Part shown: piece after piece, positions 60,817 to 64,000 of the stretch
Numbering within the stretch: position 1 is the first letter of the stretch
Layout: the number at the start of each line of letters is the position of its first letter
IMG/VR virus record: IMGVR_UViG_3300044712_000732
Span: 61,776-125,775 of that record
Strand: one strand, 5' to 3'
DNA: 64,000 nt
DNA from: a virus
Translations under genes and position numbers: made by a program
The notes under the pieces: model-generated
Told to the model about the DNA's origin: nothing
The model's database searches: none
The model's input: the letters and a program-made list of their open reading frames with translations, nothing else

Positions 60817-61728
60817 TTACCAATTCATTTTTCTTCCTTTTTTCCAACCATTTAATAAATAATCATTTAAATCTTTTTTATTTATCTTGATACATTTTTT
60901 TTCATTTTCACATATTATCCAACATTTTCCAAATTGTGAATTCTTTTCACCTTTTTGGGATATTGAATTTGCTTGACCAATTTTTATTTTAGTTTCATCT
61001 GAATGTTTTCTATTAACCCAAAATGATATTAATTCACCATTAATATATCGTTCATCATCTTTACTAACTAGCATCACCTTATCTATATTATCTTTAACTA
61101 GTACTAGTCCTTTGTGTATTGATATTAATTCACCATTAATATATCGTTCATCAGTATTAAAAACATTAAAAATATTACCATCTTTATCTTTACATATAAT
61201 TCTATTTTTTTGTATAGATATCAATTCACCATTAATATATCGTTCATCATCTTTACTAACTTTCAAAATATTACCATCTACATCATTAACCACAATTTTA
61301 TTTTGAAATATTGGTCTATATTTATCTAAATTATTATTTATATAATACCAACCACCACTTCCACCCAAAGTTAAATTGTAATATTCTTTAGAATTAACCA
61401 CATCTTCATTTACTAATTCTTTTTCTTTTTTTAACATATCTTCTTTAGATTTACAAAAATGCAATATAACTTTTTCAAAATTATCAACACCATATTTATT
61501 TATAGCATTTTTTAAATATTTACCCGACCCCATATAATCATCAAAAATATTTTCTGTTACATGACAGCCAATATATTTTTTATTATTAATTTTATTGGTT
61601 ATTTCATAAATAATATAATTTTTCATAACTTTTTTATTTGTATATATTAAATAAAAAAGTTCGATTTTAGTTCGAATTAAATTTTTGGGTGAAAGACGGG
61701 GTACGATCCCGCAAAGTTCCTGGTTCAC
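60817..61728 (-). mobile_element. GIY-YIG homing endonuclease gene with three internal ~30-aa tandem repeats
   Basis: N-terminal YIIYEITNKINNKKYIGC (GIY...YIG). Repeated DERYINGELISI(Q/H)K modules are encoded by three ~35-bp DNA repeats (61030-61320). Confidence 0.7.
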
Positions 61729-61763
61729 AGCCAGGCAAGTCTACCAATTCCTCTACAATCACC
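61687..61763 (-). ncRNA. degenerate tRNA-like element with His-type anticodon loop (CTGTGAA)
   Basis: Perfect anticodon hairpin CCTGG-CTGTGAA-CCAGG and T-arm GCGGG-ATCGTAC-CCCGT, but poor D-arm and a 5/7 acceptor. Confidence 0.3.
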
Positions 61764-61773
61764 ATAATTATTG

Positions 61774-61844
61774 TCAACCAGATGGGATTCGAACCCACGT
61801 AAACCGTGATTCACAATCACGTCCCGAACACCAAACACGGGTTG
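61774..61844 (-). ncRNA. degenerate tRNA-like element with His-type anticodon loop (TTGTGAA)
   Basis: D-stem CCCG/CGGG, anticodon hairpin CGTGA-TTGTGAA-TCACG, T-arm GTGGG-TTCGAAT-CCCAT; acceptor pairing imperfect. Confidence 0.3.
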
Positions 61845-61853
61845 CTGGAGGGG

Positions 61854-61939
61854 CGGAGAAAACAGGAATCGAACCTGCACCCCAGTTACCCGAGGAACGG
61901 TTTTCCAAACCGTTGCAGTACCATTATGCTTACTTCTCC
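61854..61939 (-). tRNA. tRNA-Ser (GGA), long extra arm
   Basis: Acceptor GGAGAAG/TTTCTCC, D-stem GCA/TGC, anticodon arm ACGGT-TTGGAAA-ACCGT, long extra arm, T-arm GCAGG-TTCGATT-CCTGT, discriminator G. Confidence 0.6.
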
Positions 61940-62184
61940 AATTTTTTAAATTTTTCTTTTAATTTTTCTTTTACTTCATCAGAAGTATAATACCATTTCA
62001 TATTAATTTGCATTTCAGAAATGATAATTCCCCATTCTGCTTTTGCTGAAAATTGTGGTTTGTATTTAATTCTTTGATAAATAAATATAAATGGCACACA
62101 TAAATACCAACGATATCTAATTATTCTTTCAATTAAATTGCATTCTTGAAATCTTTTATTTTTCATAATTTATACATTTTTTAG

Positions 62185-62269
62185 CGGAGAGAAAGGGGGT
62201 CGAACCCTCAAGCCGAATAAACGACCGACAGATTAGCAATCTGCTCCAATACCATTATGGGACCTCTCC
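62185..62269 (-). tRNA. tRNA-Ser (GCU), long extra arm
   Basis: Acceptor GGAGAGG/TCTCTCC, D-stem CCA/TGG, anticodon arm GCAGA-TTGCTAA-TCTGT, T-arm GAGGG-TTCGACC-CCCTT, discriminator G. Confidence 0.6.
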
Positions 62270-62282
62270 AAAATCAGAATAC

Positions 62283-62352
62283 ATTTTGTGGGTTTGAACC
62301 ACGTTAACAAAGTTTCAGTTTGTATTTTAACCTTTTGTTTTTGCTGTGCGTA
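62283..62352 (-). ncRNA. degenerate tRNA-like element with Phe-type anticodon loop (CTGAAAC)
   Basis: Perfect hairpin ACAAA-CTGAAAC-TTTGT and T-arm GTGG-TTCAAAC-CCAC, but no acceptor pairing found. Confidence 0.25.
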
Positions 62353-62359
62353 TTCTTTG

Positions 62360-62432
62360 TGGGGTAGACTGGTTACGATCCAGTTCCTATGGATTTTCAG
62401 TCCACCGCAATGACCACATCTGCCACTACCCC
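62360..62432 (-). tRNA. tRNA-Phe (GAA)
   Basis: Acceptor GGGGTAG/CTACCCC, D-arm GCAG...TTGC, anticodon arm GTGGA-CTGAAAA-TCCAT, T-arm ACTGG-ATCGTAA-CCAGT, discriminator A. Confidence 0.7.
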
Positions 62433-62441
62433 AATTATTTG

Positions 62442-62525
62442 CGGAGAAAAAGGGATTCGAACCCCCACACCAGTTTCCCGATTTCACTGTTTTCGAAACA
62501 GCTAACTACACCAATAGGCTTCTCC
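62442..62525 (-). tRNA. tRNA-Ser (CGA), long extra arm
   Basis: Acceptor GGAGAAG/TTTCTCC, anticodon arm GCTGT-TTCGAAA-ACAGT, long extra arm, T-arm GGGGG-TTCGAAT-CCCTT, discriminator G; D-arm weak. Confidence 0.5.
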
Positions 62526-62608
62526 AAGTTCAGAATACTTTTGTGACATCGAATCACGACAAATTTCAAGTTTGCTTTACCTTTTTTTGCTGTATGTATT
62601 CTTTTTTG

Positions 62609-62684
62609 TGGACTGTATCGGATTTGCACCGATTGTTAGCATAATTACTTTTTTGGTTTGCTATGCTTCAAAAAGCAACAGCCC
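62609..62684 (-). ncRNA. tRNA-like element (76 nt) with 7-bp acceptor and non-canonical T-loop TGCAAAT; anticodon region irregular
   Basis: Acceptor GGGCTGT/ACAGTCC, T-arm ATCGG-TGCAAAT-CCGAT; the central TAGCA...TGCTA stem encloses 17 nt. Confidence 0.25.
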
Positions 62685-62686
62685 AT

Positions 62687-63307
62687 TTATTTTTTATATT
62701 TATTTTTATTTTTTCCACCATGTGTATCTAATGTTGCATTACAATTTGGACATAATATTCTTAAATTTGTTAATCTATGATCATTATTTATCCCATTTAT
62801 ATGATCTAATATTAAACTTATATGTTTTCCTTTCCAATTTTCATCTTGTCCACACATTTCACACTTTCTTTTTTTTAATCCATCTTCATATAATCTTTCT
62901 TTCAAATGTGTTGTATTAAAATTGGAATTTTCAACTAATATTAATGATAAATCTATTTTTTTATTTAAATTTTTTATTTGAAATTCATATTTAATAAAAT
63001 GATCAATATTTATATCATATTTTTTAATATATTTTTTTAATGTGTTATAAGAAGAACCAAAATTATTAATATCTAATTTAATTAAACATTCTTTATATGT
63101 TTTTGAATTTTTAACAATTTCAATTAAATAATCTTTTTCATATTTATTTTTTACACTATAATGTGCTTCTATTTTTAATTTTTTTCGTCTTTCCTCAATT
63201 GATCTTATTGATCTATCTAATTTAGTTAAACAATATTTTAAACCATAAATAGGATAATTTTCAATCAATATATCATCTTCATTTTTTGTCCATTTTTTAT
63301 TTTTCAT
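62687..63307 (-). mobile_element. HNH homing endonuclease gene inside the tRNA array
   Basis: CEMCGQDENWKGKHISLILDHINGINNDHRLTNLRILCPNCNATLDTH. Confidence 0.65.
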
Positions 63308-63398
63308 TTTAAGTTATTTTTTGTAGTATATATAAATATTTTAAACTACAAAAAATCACTATGAACTATAAAAATTCAAAAAAATAGTTATGGGAATG

Positions 63399-63479
63399 CA
63401 CGACAGAGAGGATTCGAACCCCTGAACCTTTCGGTATAGTTTTGGAGACTATCAGCTTTAACCACTTGCATACTGCCGT
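63399..63479 (-). tRNA. tRNA-Trp-like (CCA) with a 12-nt extra arm (81 nt)
   Basis: Acceptor ACGGCAG/CTGTCGT, anticodon arm ATAGT-CTCCAAA-ACTAT, extra arm ACCGAAAGGTTC, T-arm AGGGG-TTCGAAT-CCTCT. Confidence 0.45.
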
Positions 63480-63488
63480 ATATTTTTG

Positions 63489-63572
63489 CGGAGGCGAAGG
63501 GAATCGAACCCCCAAATCATTACTGATTTACTTGTTTTCAAGACAAGCCCCTCGTCCATTCGGACCACCTCC
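63489..63572 (-). tRNA. tRNA-Ser-like (UGA), long extra arm
   Basis: Acceptor GGAGGTG/CGCCTCC, anticodon arm CTTGT-CTTGAAA-ACAAG, extra-arm hairpin AATCA-GTA-ATGATT, T-arm GGGGG-TTCGATT-CCCTT, discriminator G. Confidence 0.45.
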
Positions 63573-63622
63573 AAATACAATTTAAAAGATTGTTCGTTAT
63601 TTTTTGCTGTATGTATTCTTTG

Positions 63623-63698
63623 TGGGGTGAGGTGGATTCGAACCACCATCCCTGGATTTTCAGTCCAGTGCGAAACTGACCAACTGCGCTACCACCCC
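63623..63698 (-). tRNA. tRNA-Phe (GAA), second copy
   Basis: Acceptor GGGGTGG/TCACCCC, anticodon arm CTGGA-CTGAAAA-TCCAG, T-arm GGTGG-TTCGAAT-CCACC. Confidence 0.6.
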
Positions 63699-63715
63699 AA
63701 TAAGTATAACGTATG

Positions 63716-63788
63716 TGCGTCTGGTGGGTCACGATCCCACGACTCCATCATTAAAAGTGATGTACTCTACCAACTGAGTTACAGACGC
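63716..63788 (-). tRNA. tRNA-Lys (UUU), canonical short-extra-arm structure
   Basis: Acceptor GCGTCTG/CAGACGC, D-arm ACTC-AGTTGGTA-GAGT, anticodon arm CATCA-CTTTTAA-TGATG, T-arm GTGGG-ATCGTGA-CCCAC, discriminator A. Confidence 0.75.
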
Positions 63789-63827
63789 AAAAATATTCAA
63801 TATGTCAATGAACTTTAAAAAAAATTG

Positions 63828-63913
63828 TGATCCCGATGGGACTCGAACCCATGTACAACTTTCGTATCCCACATTAAAAGTGTGGTGCCTCGTTCCAACT
63901 CGGCCACGGAATC
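63828..63913 (-). tRNA. long-extra-arm (86-nt) tRNA with anticodon UUU (lysine anticodon on a Leu/Ser/Tyr-type body)
   Basis: Acceptor GATTCCG/CGGGATC, Leu-like D-arm GCCGAGTTGGAA, perfect anticodon arm CCACA-CTTTTAA-TGTGG, 16-nt extra arm GATACGAAAGTTGTAC, T-arm ATGGG-TTCGAGT-CCCAT. Confidence 0.45.
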
Positions 63914-63937
63914 AATAAATAAAGAACGTAACAAAAA

Positions 63938-63966
63938 AAAATCCGAACTTTTTACGGTTCGGATTT
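63938..63966. terminator. hairpin ATCCGAAC-TTTTTAC-GGTTCGGAT flanked by an A-run and T-run
   Basis: 8-bp perfect stem at the array boundary. Confidence 0.5.
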
Positions 63967-64000
63967 TTCTGTTTTATCTTAATTAAAAATCAATTTATTT

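Noticed and set aside
61930-62166. 78-aa ORF between tRNA-Ser(GGA) and tRNA-Ser(GCU)
   Set aside because: Its 3' end overlaps the 5' end of the tRNA at 61854-61939 and it has no recognisable motif. Left unannotated as a doubtful small ORF.
1-64000. Genome-wide TAG-to-sense reassignment (code 15-like)
   Set aside because: Apart from 32056/32812, no adjacent same-frame ORF pairs are split by TAG, and TAG terminates several genes with tandem or back-up stops. The pattern fits localized suppression rather than wholesale recoding, at least in this window.
1-64000. CRISPR arrays, integrase or attachment sites
   Set aside because: No regularly spaced repeat-spacer arrays. All tandem repeats found are coding (TTTVAP, GINE, tape-measure, GIY-YIG modules) or intergenic iteron-like. 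No tyrosine or serine recombinase signature seen.

Overview
Very AT-rich (~75% A+T) window, densely coded, mostly on the minus strand, with the gene content of a large tailed dsDNA phage. I could not run any search or folding tool, so every call rests on motifs read by eye.

Main content, in order:
- 1-12 kb: small genes including a partial TPM-domain protein (1..1848-), a Cys-rich radical SAM, a Nudix hydrolase and a 2H (HxT/HxT) phosphoesterase.
- 12.3-19.4 kb: tail module with a 1276-aa tape-measure protein carrying internal repeats.
- 21.1-22.8 kb: a T4 gp46 / SbcC-like recombination ATPase.
- Four homing-endonuclease genes: a frameshifted LAGLIDADG, two HNH and one GIY-YIG, plus a small HNH-like protein.
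- 38-42.8 kb: thioredoxin, an amber-suppressor tRNA(CUA) and a PTH2-like peptidyl-tRNA hydrolase whose codon 3 is TAG.
- 43.3-47.8 kb: a vWA + PP2C + Ser/Thr-kinase triad resembling the bacterial TerY-P module.
- 52.5-54.7 kb: an RNA 2'-phosphotransferase (Tpt1/KptA) beside two tandem radical SAM enzymes.
- 59.7-63.9 kb: an array of about 20 tRNA and tRNA-like genes on the minus strand, interleaved with GIY-YIG and HNH endonuclease genes.

The most striking signal is a consistent amber-suppression context. A tRNA with anticodon CUA is present. All 8 clear TAG-terminated genes either have a second in-frame stop within 0-3 codons or run in frame into the next gene. Several tRNAs carry a long extra (variable) arm together with lysine anticodons, and several others are irregular, interrupted or degenerate. 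All tRNA structures were folded by hand and need confirmation.
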